The notes: generated by a model not told the origin, from the sequence alone. A stretch of DNA of 10,357 bases from Octopus sinensis (GCF_006345805.1 NW_021827448.1:1-10357); one strand, 5' to 3'; shown: positions 1 to 8,851, counted from the stretch's first letter. Translations and numbers: made by a program.

Positions 1-204
1 TATAAGATACCCGGTTTTGGTTAAACTGCACCGCAAAATGTGGGAGTAGTTAGGAATCTAAATCGTAGGAGACAGACACTCCCACACCTTCACTTTTATA
101 TATAAAGATACATAAAAAAAATCAAACTAAGAATGATTTTTCAAAAGAGGGGAAATCTCTGAGAGCTGCTTATTGAAACCCAACAAAAATCGTAGTGGTC
201 ATCT

Positions 205-791
205 CGCAGCTATCCTTCAACAGTGGAAGAGGCCTTCATCTCCACAACCGAAGAAGGCACGACAGAGCCGCAGCTCCATCAAGAGCTCGCTCATCGTTTT
301 TTTTTCGACATCCACAGTATTGTGCATCGAGAATTCGTCGCCCCCCCCCCCCCGGGGCCAGACCGTAAATCGAGAGTTCTACTGCGACGTTTTGAAGCGT
401 TGGAGGGCGGATATTCGGTGAATGTGACTGGATCTGTGGAGCGCAAAGAATTGGATTCTTCACGACTACAACGCCCCCTGTAACCAAGCTTCGTGAGTTT
501 CTCGCCCCAAACAACATGGTATCGCTTCCATACCCACCCTATTCACCTGATTTAGCACCTGTAGACTTCCATCTCTTCCCCAGGATGAACATTCAGCTCA
601 AAGGTCACCGTTTTAACACCATAGCCAATCGTAGAAGGTCCTCGACTCGTTTAGGGAAATCGACTTCCAGGCCGGATTTCGAAAGTGACAGGAACGCTGG
701 GACCGGTGTATTTCGGAGGAGATGAAGTTAAAACCGAAGTTATTCTTTGATAAATATAACTAGTCCTAGAACTTTATGATACCACCTCGTA
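205..791 (+). mobile_element. Decayed mariner (Tc1/mariner) DNA transposon, 3' portion: transposase pseudogene plus right TIR
   Basis: Mariner motifs are spread over shifting frames: QWK.PSSP.PKKARQS, FFDIHSIVHREFV, GQTVNREFYCDVLKR, decayed LH(D)YNAP (from HHDNA), PYPPYSPDLAPVDFHLFP..LKGHRF. The sequence ends ACTAGTCCTAGAACTTTATGATACCACCTCG followed by TA at 790-791, a mariner-like terminus. The first catalytic Asp region and the left end are not seen; the start is approximate. Confidence 0.9.
759..789. repeat. Probable right terminal inverted repeat of the mariner element
   Basis: The reverse complement reads (TA)CGAGGTGGTATCATAAAGTTCTAGGACTAGT, typical of mariner TIRs. It lies just after the transposase C-terminus. 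The partner TIR is not in the window. Confidence 0.7.
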
Positions 792-1456
792 TATTAATTA
801 ACTTAATTATATGAATTCTTCCTAGACAGAAAGAACTGATTTTGAAACTAAGCAGCAAAGATTAATCACTGGAATTTGGATAACAAAACTGCTAAATATT
901 ACAAGGCGAACTTTAGAAAAATCTTGCAGATATTTACTGTTCCACTAACGGATTGTATTTCCACGTTAATCGATTACTTTCTCTGCTTGAAAATCCTAGT
1001 TTTTATAAATTCTCACTTGATCCATTTCCTAACATACCCAAGTGGACCAATAATTACTGGTATAAATATGACTCTTAATCTGAGTAGTGAATATAGGTTT
1101 CTATAAATACGGAAAGCAGTTTTTCTTTTCGCTGGTTTTGCAAGATATGTCTCGTATCTAAAAGGAAGCTGACTTTTATGACAATACGCAATATTTTAAA
1201 AGCACACAAAAACCATTAGATTCACTTCAACATTTGAATTTAATTTGTCAAAATATTTTCGCCGATTTGAGACCGTGACCTATTCGTTGACAAAATTCCG
1301 TACTGCATCACTGTGTTTTTAAATAATGGCTTATAAACACCTTCCACGCTGCAATTGTTTTTGTTTCAGCACACGATCTCAGATCAGGTCACTTGCTATG
1401 CAAGTACATCTCCGTAATATTTTGCCGGTCCTAAACAATTCTATGAATACTGTCAT

Positions 1457-1865
1457 CTCTCTTTTTTTTTTTTTTTACATGTTTCAGTCATTTTGATTGC
1501 GGCCATGCTGGAGCACCGCCTTTAATCGAGCAACTCGACCCCGGGACATATTCTTTGTAAGCCCAGTACTTATTCTATCGGTCTCTTTTGCTGAACCGCT
1601 AATGACGGGGACGTAAACACACCACCAGCATCGTTGTCAAGCATGCTAGGGGGACAAACAGATACACAACATACACGCACACCCATATATATATCATATT
1701 ATATCGACGGGCTTCTTTCAGTTTCCGTCTAAACCACATCCACTCACAAGGCTTTGGTCGGCCCGAGGCTAGAGTAGAAGACACTTGCCCAAGGTGCCAC
1801 GCAGTGGGACTGAACCCGGAACCATGTGGTTCGTAAACAAGCTACTTATACCACACAGCCACTCC
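1457..1865 (-). mobile_element. tRNA-derived SINE family A, near full length
   Basis: Colinear with the reverse complement of the copies at 5629 and 8212 (head GGAGTGGCTGTGTGG, B box GGTTCAGTCC, tail GCGGTGCTCCAGCATGGCCGC..GACTGAAAC, A-rich end). Flanked by the candidate TSD (C)TGTCAT at 1450-1456 and 1865-1871. Confidence 0.92.
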
Positions 1866-2319
1866 TGTCATGTTTACATTTAGCAGAACTTTTGACGGGG
1901 AATGTTCCATAAATATTTCTTCTTCATTTGTTTGCATGGATTCAAGAATTAGAGGCATTGTTTACGTTTCTCCTCGGGTCAGTCTTTCACACTGACAGGA
2001 TTGTATGTAGTTTTGACAAGAACATAATACAGCAAGGGGAGGTAATAACCTTGATAACATTATCGAGCCGCCATTAATCACATGTATTATGTTTTTCACA
2101 GAAAATGTGACATAATCGGCATTTTCGATAGCATCAGGGGCGTTTAGAGGATATCGCTGTCTTTTTTGTTTATTAAATAATGCGTAGCTATCTTCTGCTG
2201 CTGTTGTTGAACAGTAAAAGTAACGTGACGTGACAGTCACGAGCGCAAGACGAATTTTTTGGTATATAACATAAATCCCATGACGTAAATATCATATTGA
2301 TGGAGTAGTCTTTGATTCG

Positions 2320-2410
2320 TTTCCTTGTTTCAGTTGTTTGAGTCCGGCCCTGCTGGAGCACGGCCTTAAAGGGTTTTAGTCGAAGAAATCGCCCTCTCCC
2401 CAGGACTTAG
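2320..2410 (-). mobile_element. SINE family A 3' tail fragment, diverged
   Basis: TTGTTTCAG..CGGCCCTGCTGGAGCACGGCCTT..TAGTCGAAGAAATCG..CCAGGACTTA matches the tail region of the other copies. Confidence 0.75.
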
Positions 2411-2416
2411 TTAATG

Positions 2417-2513
2417 AATATATATATATATATATATATATATGCTGGCCACTTGATAATTTCGACACTTAAATATCGATATTTCCTCATATATATATAA
2501 TATATATATAGAT

Positions 2514-2549
<36 letters not shown>

Positions 2550-2804
2550 AACCTAATATATATATAATATATATATATATATAATGTATATATATAATAT
2601 ATATATTTCCCTCTGTCCTCCCACCTCGGGATCTTTCTTTCTCCTATGTTTCCGACGAAGAGCTCCGCTCGAAACGTCATGCCCTCCTTCTTTCCCTTTT
2701 TTCCTGAGGCGCCTAATAATACTTTTAATTGTTCCACCCCTCCTTCGCGTTGTTGTCTTTTTGTTTTCTTGTTTGGATTACTTTATATATATATATATAT
2801 ATAA

Positions 2805-2846
<42 letters not shown>

Positions 2847-2866
2847 ATATATATATATATATATAA
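2417..2866. repeat. Interrupted (TA)n microsatellite arrays (about 2417-2443, 2489-2606, 2784-2866)
   Basis: Directly visible TA dinucleotide runs separated by short unique modules. Confidence 0.95.
2652..2678 (+). ncRNA. Variant minimal hammerhead-like motif
   Basis: CCGACGA-A-GAGC(TCC)GCTC-GAAA-CG-TC: variant core, perfect 4-bp stem II, GAAA, ACGT palindromic stem III, GUC triplet. Stem I does not pair. Confidence 0.45.
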
Positions 2867-2938
2867 TAGAAATTCGGGGTGAGTACTTGATAATTATAAG
2901 CAACCTGTGTATACCGTTTGGTGGTGTAGGTGGTGGAG

Positions 2939-3519
2939 TAAATTGATCAAATAAAATAAAAACATGATGCGAAGGATTCAGCGGTACATATGTTTTCGGT
3001 CCTTTATTAGACAGATTTATAACAATGCATAATGTATGTCTGTGGCCTTCTTCTTCACCGCGCCAACAGCTTCCACAAGACAATGTGTTATCAATCAAAA
3101 ATTCTTGGTTGGGGATGCAAATCCTCTCATTCACGTACGACATAATGCGGCAGCAGCATAGAGTTGAGGCGTCCATCTCTTTCTTCTCTCAATGTAGAAT
3201 GAGGAAAATTGGATGTTGAGGTAATTAAATAATAAATACATATATAGAGGTGAAGATTGAGGGCGAGAGTTCGGGACGAGGGAAAAAAAATGTATAAAAA
3301 GTGTAAGTATAAATAATATAAAATGTAGAGGATAAGGGTTGTAAGTAGATGTAAAGGGGGTATAAAGAAATATAAAGTAAAAATAGAAATAGAAATAAAA
3401 GTAAAAAAACCTGATAAAAAACATGATAAAAGTGTAAAAGAATGTAAAGATAAGGGATGTATAGAGGTTATGGACCAAGCATGGTGGTCAGGAGATTGAT
3501 AAAATTTAGTTGTAGAATT
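2939..3519 (-). repeat. Left arm of long inverted repeat (putative Penelope-like pseudo-LTR)
   Basis: Reverse complement of 4844-5437 with scattered substitutions and indels. The ORF track gives near-identical peptides (MVHNLYTSLIFTFFYTFIMF) on opposite strands. Confidence 0.95.
2981..3062 (-). ncRNA. Decayed hammerhead-like motif in the left arm
   Basis: The minus strand reads GCGG-TGAAGAAGAAGGCC...GGACC-GAAAA-CATATG-TA-CCGC. Stem I GCGG/CCGC is intact but the core is damaged (C3 lost, GAA duplicated, extra A). Confidence 0.5.
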
Positions 3520-3534
3520 ACATCCCGCTTTCCT

Positions 3535-3670
3535 ATATGTGCGTGTATATGTGTATGTGTGTGTGTGTGCGTATGTATGTGCACATACGTGTACGTATGT
3601 GTACATATACATATATATGTACATGTGCGTGTGTGTGTGTGTGTGTGTGGGTGTGTGTACGTGCATATAG
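3535..3670. repeat. Compound (TG/TA/CG) purine-pyrimidine microsatellite
   Basis: Alternating GTGT/ATAT/GCGT runs. Confidence 0.85.
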
Positions 3671-3944
3671 GGTTCCCTGCATTTTCCCCCTATATATCAA
3701 ATTTTTCTCCCATATATGACTTCTTTCCCTAAATATTTCTTCTCCTACACCCTATCCTCCCTATGTAGTCTCTTTAATCCCCTATATCTATAACCCTTTC
3801 ACATTTCTCACTCAGATGTTGAACGCACCACCGCCAAACTCCATTTCCCACCCTTCCAATTTTCAGTTCCCCCCGCCCGCCCCTACGTTAAACACCACCT
3901 CTAACTTTCAACCACCTTCATCTCATGTTAAACTTACAAAATTA

Positions 3945-4230
3945 ATATTTTATCTTATTTTATTTTATTTTTATTTTTACTTTTATTTTTACTTTTTCCT
4001 ACTTCCTTTATTTTTATTTTTATTTTTACTTTTATTCTACTTCCATTTATTCTCATTTTCATTTTCATCCCTTACCTTAACTCTTATAATTTTTATAATT
4101 CTTATACTTCATTTCTAACTATTACATTGTATTTCTTATTTTATACTGTATTTTTTATTTCTAATCTTTACCCTTACCCTCATTCTTACCCCTAACTTAT
4201 CGCTTTACACCTCTATATATGTTTATTTAC
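3945..4230. repeat. Pyrimidine-rich low-complexity tract (TTTTA/TTTTTA-like units)
   Basis: Nearly G-free plus strand with degenerate TTTTAT repeats. Confidence 0.8.
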
Positions 4231-4254
4231 TTACCTATGGATCCACCTTTTGAA

Positions 4255-4750
4255 TATACGAGCGTCCGCGTACGTGTGTATACGCATACATACATATGCA
4301 CGCGCATATATGTACATGCATACTTCGATATCTTATAGCTATACCCATGTGCGCGTGTGTCTCTGTGTGTGTGTATGAGTGTATATGTGCACGCACATAC
4401 GGACACACCAGCCGTGTGTTGCGTGCGCGTATTGACATGAGTACGGGATTCTTTACATACGTTCTTATACACATCCTTTAATATCTTATACCTGGACCTA
4501 GAGGCGTGGGCATATACGTGTGTGTATGTAGTGATGGCGCGCGTATATACATGTGAGCGTGTACGCGCGTAATGTCCGTGTATATATGCGGATATTCTGT
4601 TGTATGTATGTGTGTGTACGCGCGTGCGTGTGGGTGCGTGTGTGTTTATGTACGTGTTTACACGCGAGTGCGTGTGTATGCTTATAGGCTTGGAGGCGTA
4701 TATGTACGCGTGTATGTGGGTGCATATATCCATGATGATATGTATGTACT
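4255..4750. repeat. Degenerate alternating purine-pyrimidine (TG/CG/TA) tract
   Basis: Long imperfect RY alternation, e.g. GTGTGTACGCGCGTGCGTGTG. Confidence 0.8.
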
Positions 4751-4843
4751 AGAAGTCCATTTAATTCAAGGAACCAGATTAAATGCTCATCAGCTCTGAT
4801 TTACAACGCATTAAGTCCCCAGACAAACTGTTGATGTACTGAC

Positions 4844-5435
4844 AATTCTACAACTAAATTTTATCAATCTCCTGACCACCATGCTTGGTCCATAACCTCT
4901 ATACATCCCTTATCTTTACATTCTTTTACACTTTTATCATGTTTTTATCAGGTTTTTTTTTACTTTTATTTCTATTTCTATTTTTACTTTATATTTCTTT
5001 ATACCCCCTTTACATCTACTTACACCCTTTATCCTCTACATTTTTATATTATTCTATACTTACACTTTTTATACATTTTTTAATCCCTCGTCCCGAACTC
5101 TCGCCCCTCCATCTTCACCTCTATATATGTATTTATTTTATTTACATTACCTACCTCAACATCCATTTTCCTCCTCATTCTACATTGAGAGAAGAAAGAG
5201 ATGGACGCCTCAACTCTATGCTGCTGCCGCATTATGTCGTACGTGAATGAGAGGATTTGCATCCCCAACCAAGAATTTTTGATGTAACACATGTCCTTGT
5301 GGAAGCTGTTGTGCGCGCTGAAGAAGGCCACAGAGACATACATTATGCATTGTTATAAATCTGTCTAATAAAGGCCCGAAACATATGTACCTCTGAATCC
5401 TTCGCATCATGTTTTTTATTTTATTTTGATCAATT

Positions 5436-5437
<2 letters not shown>
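4844..5437 (+). repeat. Right arm of long inverted repeat (putative Penelope-like pseudo-LTR)
   Basis: Starts AATTCTACAACTAAATTTTATC (rc of the left arm's inner end) and ends TTGATCAATTTA, running directly into (TA)n. Confidence 0.95.
5313..5393 (+). ncRNA. Type I hammerhead ribozyme-like motif in the right arm
   Basis: CTGAAGA at 5318-5324; stem II GGCC 5326-5329 / GGCC 5373-5376 with internal AGACA/TGTCT; GAAA at 5378-5381; palindromic stem III A-CATATG-T; GUA triplet ending at 5389. Stem I is weak in this copy. Confidence 0.65.
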
Positions 5438-5627
<190 letters not shown>

Positions 5628-5628
5628 A

Positions 5629-6013
5629 GGCGCAGGAGTGGCTGTGTGGTAAGTAGCTTGCTAACCAACCACATGGTTCCGGGTTCAGTCCCGCTGCGTG
5701 GCATCTTGGGCAAGTGTCTTCTGCTGTAGCCCCGGGCCGACCAATGCCTTGTGAGTGGATTTGGTAGACGGAAACTGAAAGAAGCCTGTTGTATATATGT
5801 ATATATATATATATATGTGTGTGTTTGTGTGTCTGTGTTTGTCCCCCAAGCATTGCTTGACAACCGATGCTGGTGTGTTCGGCAAAAGAGACCGATAGAA
5901 TAAGTACTGGGCTTACAAAGAATAAGTCCCTGGGTCGATTTGCTCGACAAAAGGCGGTGCTCCAGCATGGCCGCAGTCAAATGACTGAAACAAGTAAAGA
6001 GTAAAAGAGTAAA
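5629..6013 (+). mobile_element. tRNA-derived SINE family A, full length with a 23-bp internal deletion
   Basis: Starts GGCGCAGGAGTGGCTGTGTGG (A box), GGTTCAGTCC (B box), central TA/TG microsatellite, tail hairpin CAGTCA-AA-TGACTG, ends in AGTAAAG-like repeats. Confidence 0.95.
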
Positions 6014-6094
6014 GTGTATATATATATATATATACACATATATATACACATATATATATATAATATGTATATGTATATGCATATATGTATATAT

Positions 6095-6180
6095 ATGTGT
6101 GTGTTTGTGTGTGTGTATTTGTGCCTCTGTGTTTGTCCCCCCACTATCGCTTGATAACCGATGTTGATATGTTTACGTCC
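6095..6180 (+). mobile_element. SINE family A middle fragment
   Basis: TGTGTTTGTCCCCCCACTATCGCTTGATAACCGATGTTGATATGTTTACGTCC matches the post-microsatellite body. Confidence 0.8.
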
Positions 6181-6182
6181 AC

Positions 6183-6440
6183 ATTCTTTGTAAGCTTAGT
6201 TCTTGTATCGGTCTCTTTTGCCGACTCGGTAAGTTCCAGGGGCATAAACACGCCAGCATTGGTTGTTAAGCGATGGCGGGGCGGGAGGGGGGTACAAACA
6301 CAGACACACAAATATATACACGTACATATATATGCGACGGGCTTCTTTCAGTTTCCGTCTACCAAATCCGAGGCTATAGTAAAAGACACTTGCACATGGG
6401 GCTACGTAGTGGGTCTGAACCCGGAATCAAGTGGTTGGGT
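6183..6440 (-). mobile_element. SINE family A, diverged, internally deleted and truncated copy
   Basis: Contains CGACGGGCTTCTTTCAGTTTCCGTCTACCAAATCC and CTGAACCCGGAA. The head is cut off at the MITE boundary. Confidence 0.85.
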
Positions 6441-6604
6441 CCGTATTTTAACGTGTATAAGGAAACCCCTAATTCTTGGGGCTTAAAATATGGAAAAAAT
6501 GGTTTTGTAAGGGGTCATAATACTATCCATGTATAAGAAACTCCAATATTTTTTTAAACCTAATTTTTGACAAAAAAGGGTTCGTTATACACGTTAAAAT
6601 ACGG
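6441..6604. mobile_element. MITE, probably Tc1/mariner-pogo superfamily
   Basis: Perfect 20-bp TIRs: CCGTATTTTAACGTGTATAA (6441-6460) and TTATACACGTTAAAATACGG (6585-6604). TA lies on the right flank (6605-6606); the left flank is GT. An internal copy of TGTATAAGAAAC lies near 6530. Confidence 0.88.
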
Positions 6605-6606
6605 TA

Positions 6607-6699
6607 TACTCTTTTACTTGTTTCAGATGCCACGCAGTGGGATTGAACCCGGAACCATGTGGTTGGTTAGCAAGGTACTTACCACACAGCCACTCCTGC
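6607..6699 (-). mobile_element. Miniature SINE A: tRNA head fused directly to the extreme 3' tail
   Basis: The tail TACTCTTTTACTTGTTTCAG is joined to the head ATGCCACGCAGTGGG..CCACACAGCCACTCCTGC. Confidence 0.8.
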
Positions 6700-6850
6700 T
6701 GTGATCAGATTTATTTGATGTTATTTGTATTTTCTGACGAAGCGGTTCTCTACAGAAACCATTGTTGGAAGATGGTTAACTTCTATAAACCTAACTTGTT
6801 TCTTTCTTTTTTTCTTTCTTTTTCATATTCATTTCATAATAAAGGTTTTG

Positions 6851-6925
6851 AAGGCGGTGGAGCTGAGAGACTGCTTAGTAGCATTTCATTGGGCTTTCCA
6901 CATTCTGACTTCAAATTCCGACGAA
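6851..6925 (+). mobile_element. Decayed head fragment of SINE family B
   Basis: AAGGCGGTGGAGCTG...CATTCTGACTTCAAATTCCGACGA resembles 9783-9875. Confidence 0.55.
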
Positions 6926-6949
6926 TTATGGAGATGTCGGTGCTTATAA

Positions 6950-6996
6950 TGGTAATGGTGGTGGTGGTGGTGGTGTGGTGATGGTGGTAGTGGTCG
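6950..6996. repeat. (GGT)n microsatellite
   Basis: GGTGGTGGT run with variants. Confidence 0.85.
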
Positions 6997-7109
6997 TAGG
7001 GGCGGTTTCAGCAATCTAACAAGCGCATACGCAATAAAACAATCAAAACAAAAAAGAAAAAAGAAAGAAAAAAAAAGGGGAAAGTCGTTAACCAAGAAAT
7101 GCAGTACAT

Positions 7110-7236
7110 ATGGTTCCAAGTTCGATCGGAGTGAGCGGCATGGAGCAAATGCCATTTACTGACCTTTGGTGTTGATTCGAAGTTGCAGGAGAAGGAATAT
7201 GATAAATGGAAACTGTACAGAAGCCTTTGTGTGTAC
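7110..7236 (+). mobile_element. Highly decayed SINE A-related head/body
   Basis: CATATGGTTCCAAGTTCGATC and GGAAACTGTACAGAAGCC parallel CACATGGTTCCGGGTTCAGTC and GGAAACTGAAAGAAGCC, and are followed by the microsatellite. Confidence 0.5.
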
Positions 7237-7237
7237 G

Positions 7238-7295
7238 TAATATATATCTATATATAATATATATATATAATATAATATATTATGTTTGTATGTAT

Positions 7296-7390
<95 letters not shown>
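7238..7390. repeat. (TA)n microsatellite
   Basis: Pure TA from about 7299 to 7390, degenerate upstream. Confidence 0.97.
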
Positions 7391-7393
<3 letters not shown>

Positions 7394-7519
7394 TATTAAA
7401 TTAGAGATAAAACCTCTATTAGGCAAATCATACAATGAAAACTAAGCCAATACATAAGATTATTTAATTTATATTATTTAAATATATACAAAAATTATTA
7501 AAAAATATAATTAATATAA

Positions 7520-7583
7520 CACTACGATCGTTTCATGGCTGTTAATTTCTTTAAATTTTCGAGTTACAGTCATTCATCAGGTG
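7520..7583 (-). ncRNA. Minimal type I hammerhead ribozyme with intact catalytic core
   Basis: The minus strand reads CAC-CTGATGA-ATGACTGT...ACAGCCAT-GAAA-CGATCG-TA-GTG. Stem I is CAC/GTG, stem II pairs 7 of 8, stem III is the palindrome ACGATCGT, and the triplet is GUA. The predicted cut lies between 7523 and 7522. Confidence 0.8.
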
Positions 7584-7845
7584 GTTTAAATATTTAGCTT
7601 GGCGAGGTTTAATCAATATATATATATATATATTATATATACATTGTTGTATTTCGGGATGGGAATTTTTTTGCCAAATAAACACACTCACTATATATAT
7701 TCGTTCTTCACTTGTTTATTACTGTTCTTATTTTATGTCCATAGTCTGGAAGTCTTTCATTACACACCTGGGACCTCTTCAGCGACTTTTCGTCCCACGT
7801 ATCCTCTAATATTCGTATATATATATAAATAAATTTTATATATAT

Positions 7846-7865
7846 GATGTATGTATGTATGTATG

Positions 7866-7932
<67 letters not shown>

Positions 7933-7940
7933 ACATACAT
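7846..7940. repeat. (TATG)n-(TATC)n tetranucleotide microsatellite
   Basis: Directly visible. Confidence 0.95.
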
Positions 7941-7942
7941 AT

Positions 7943-8165
7943 TCTCTTATTCCTTTACTAGGTTCAGTCATTTGACTGCGGCCATGCTGGAGCGCCGCCT
8001 TTAGTCGAACATATCGACTCCAGGACTTATTCTTTGTAAGCCTAGCACTTATTCTATCGGCTCTTTTGCCGAACCGCTAAGATAGTGGGACGTAAACATA
8101 TCAACAACGGTTGTCAAGTGATAGTGGGGGGATAAACACAGAAGCACAAATACACACACACATAC
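7943..8165 (-). mobile_element. SINE family A 3' half
   Basis: TTCAGTCATTTGACTGCGGCCATGCTGGAGC..TTTTGCCGAACCGCTAAG..GGTTGTCAAG, extending up to the central microsatellite. Confidence 0.9.
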
Positions 8166-8211
8166 ACATATATACATATATACATATACATACATACATA
8201 CATACATACAT

Positions 8212-8610
8212 GGCGCAGGAGTGGCTGTGTGGTAAGTAGCTTGTTTACCAACCACATGGTTCCGGGTTCAGTCCCACTGCGTGGCATCTTGGGCAAGTGT
8301 CTTCTGCTATAGCCTCGGGCCGACCAAAGCCTTGTGAGTGGATTTGGTAGACGGAAACTGAAAGAAGCCCGTCGTATATATGTATATATATGTATGTGCG
8401 TGTATGTTTGTGTGTCTGTGTTTGTCCCCCTAGCATTGCTTGACAACCGATGGTGGTGTGTTTACGTCAACGTAACTTAGCGGTTCGGCAAAACAGACCG
8501 ATAGAATAAGTACTGGACTTACAAAGAATAAGTCCCGGGGTCGAGTTGCTCGATTAAAGGCGGTGCTCCAGCATGGCCGCAGTCAAAATGACTGAAACAA
8601 GAAAATAAAT
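8212..8610 (+). mobile_element. tRNA-derived SINE family A, full length
   Basis: GGCGCAGGAGTGGCTGTGTGG head with A and B boxes, complete body, and tail ending GACTGAAACAAGAAAATAAAT. Confidence 0.95.

Positions 8611-8662
<52 letters not shown>
8611..8662. repeat. (CA)n(TA)n microsatellite
   Basis: Directly visible. Confidence 0.95.
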
Positions 8663-8780
8663 CATTCAACTACGGTAGTAGTTGGATAATATTCTTAAAG
8701 CAGCAATTTACTCACAAGCAGCATCTTTCAGAGCTTGTCACTAATTCAGTTCTTAACCAAGTCGATAACCGTTAATATTT

Positions 8781-8851
8781 CTGAAGAGGACTGGTCCTTA
8801 GCCCCATTTTGGCATCAAAAATTGAGATTTGGTCCAGTAGAAAAACGTTTA
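8781..8851 (+). ncRNA. Decayed hammerhead-like motif
   Basis: CTGAAGA at 8781-8787; stem II ACTGG-T-CC / GG-T-CCAGT; GAAA at 8840-8843; palindrome A-AACGTT-T; UUA triplet. Stem I does not pair. Confidence 0.5.

Noticed and set aside
341-353. C13 homopolymer as a programmed frameshift or phase-variation tract
   Set aside because: It lies in a dead transposase with other lesions; simple slippage or a sequencing error suffices.
173-725. ORFs 173-421, 223-483 and 516-725 as functional genes
   Set aside because: They are frameshifted pieces of one mariner transposase with a damaged catalytic motif.
4169-4197. Telomere-like CCCTAA/CCCTTA units
   Set aside because: Only a few degenerate units inside a pyrimidine-rich tract.
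5629-5705. tRNA gene
   Set aside because: A and B boxes are present but continue into a shared SINE body in multiple copies; no proper cloverleaf.
6734-6765. CTGACGA...GAAA hammerhead candidate
   Set aside because: No convincing stem II, palindromic stem III or stem I; compatible with chance.
8559-8598. SINE tail hairpins followed by GAAAC as a ribozyme
   Set aside because: No CUGANGA core; better explained as a LINE-recognised 3' stem-loop.
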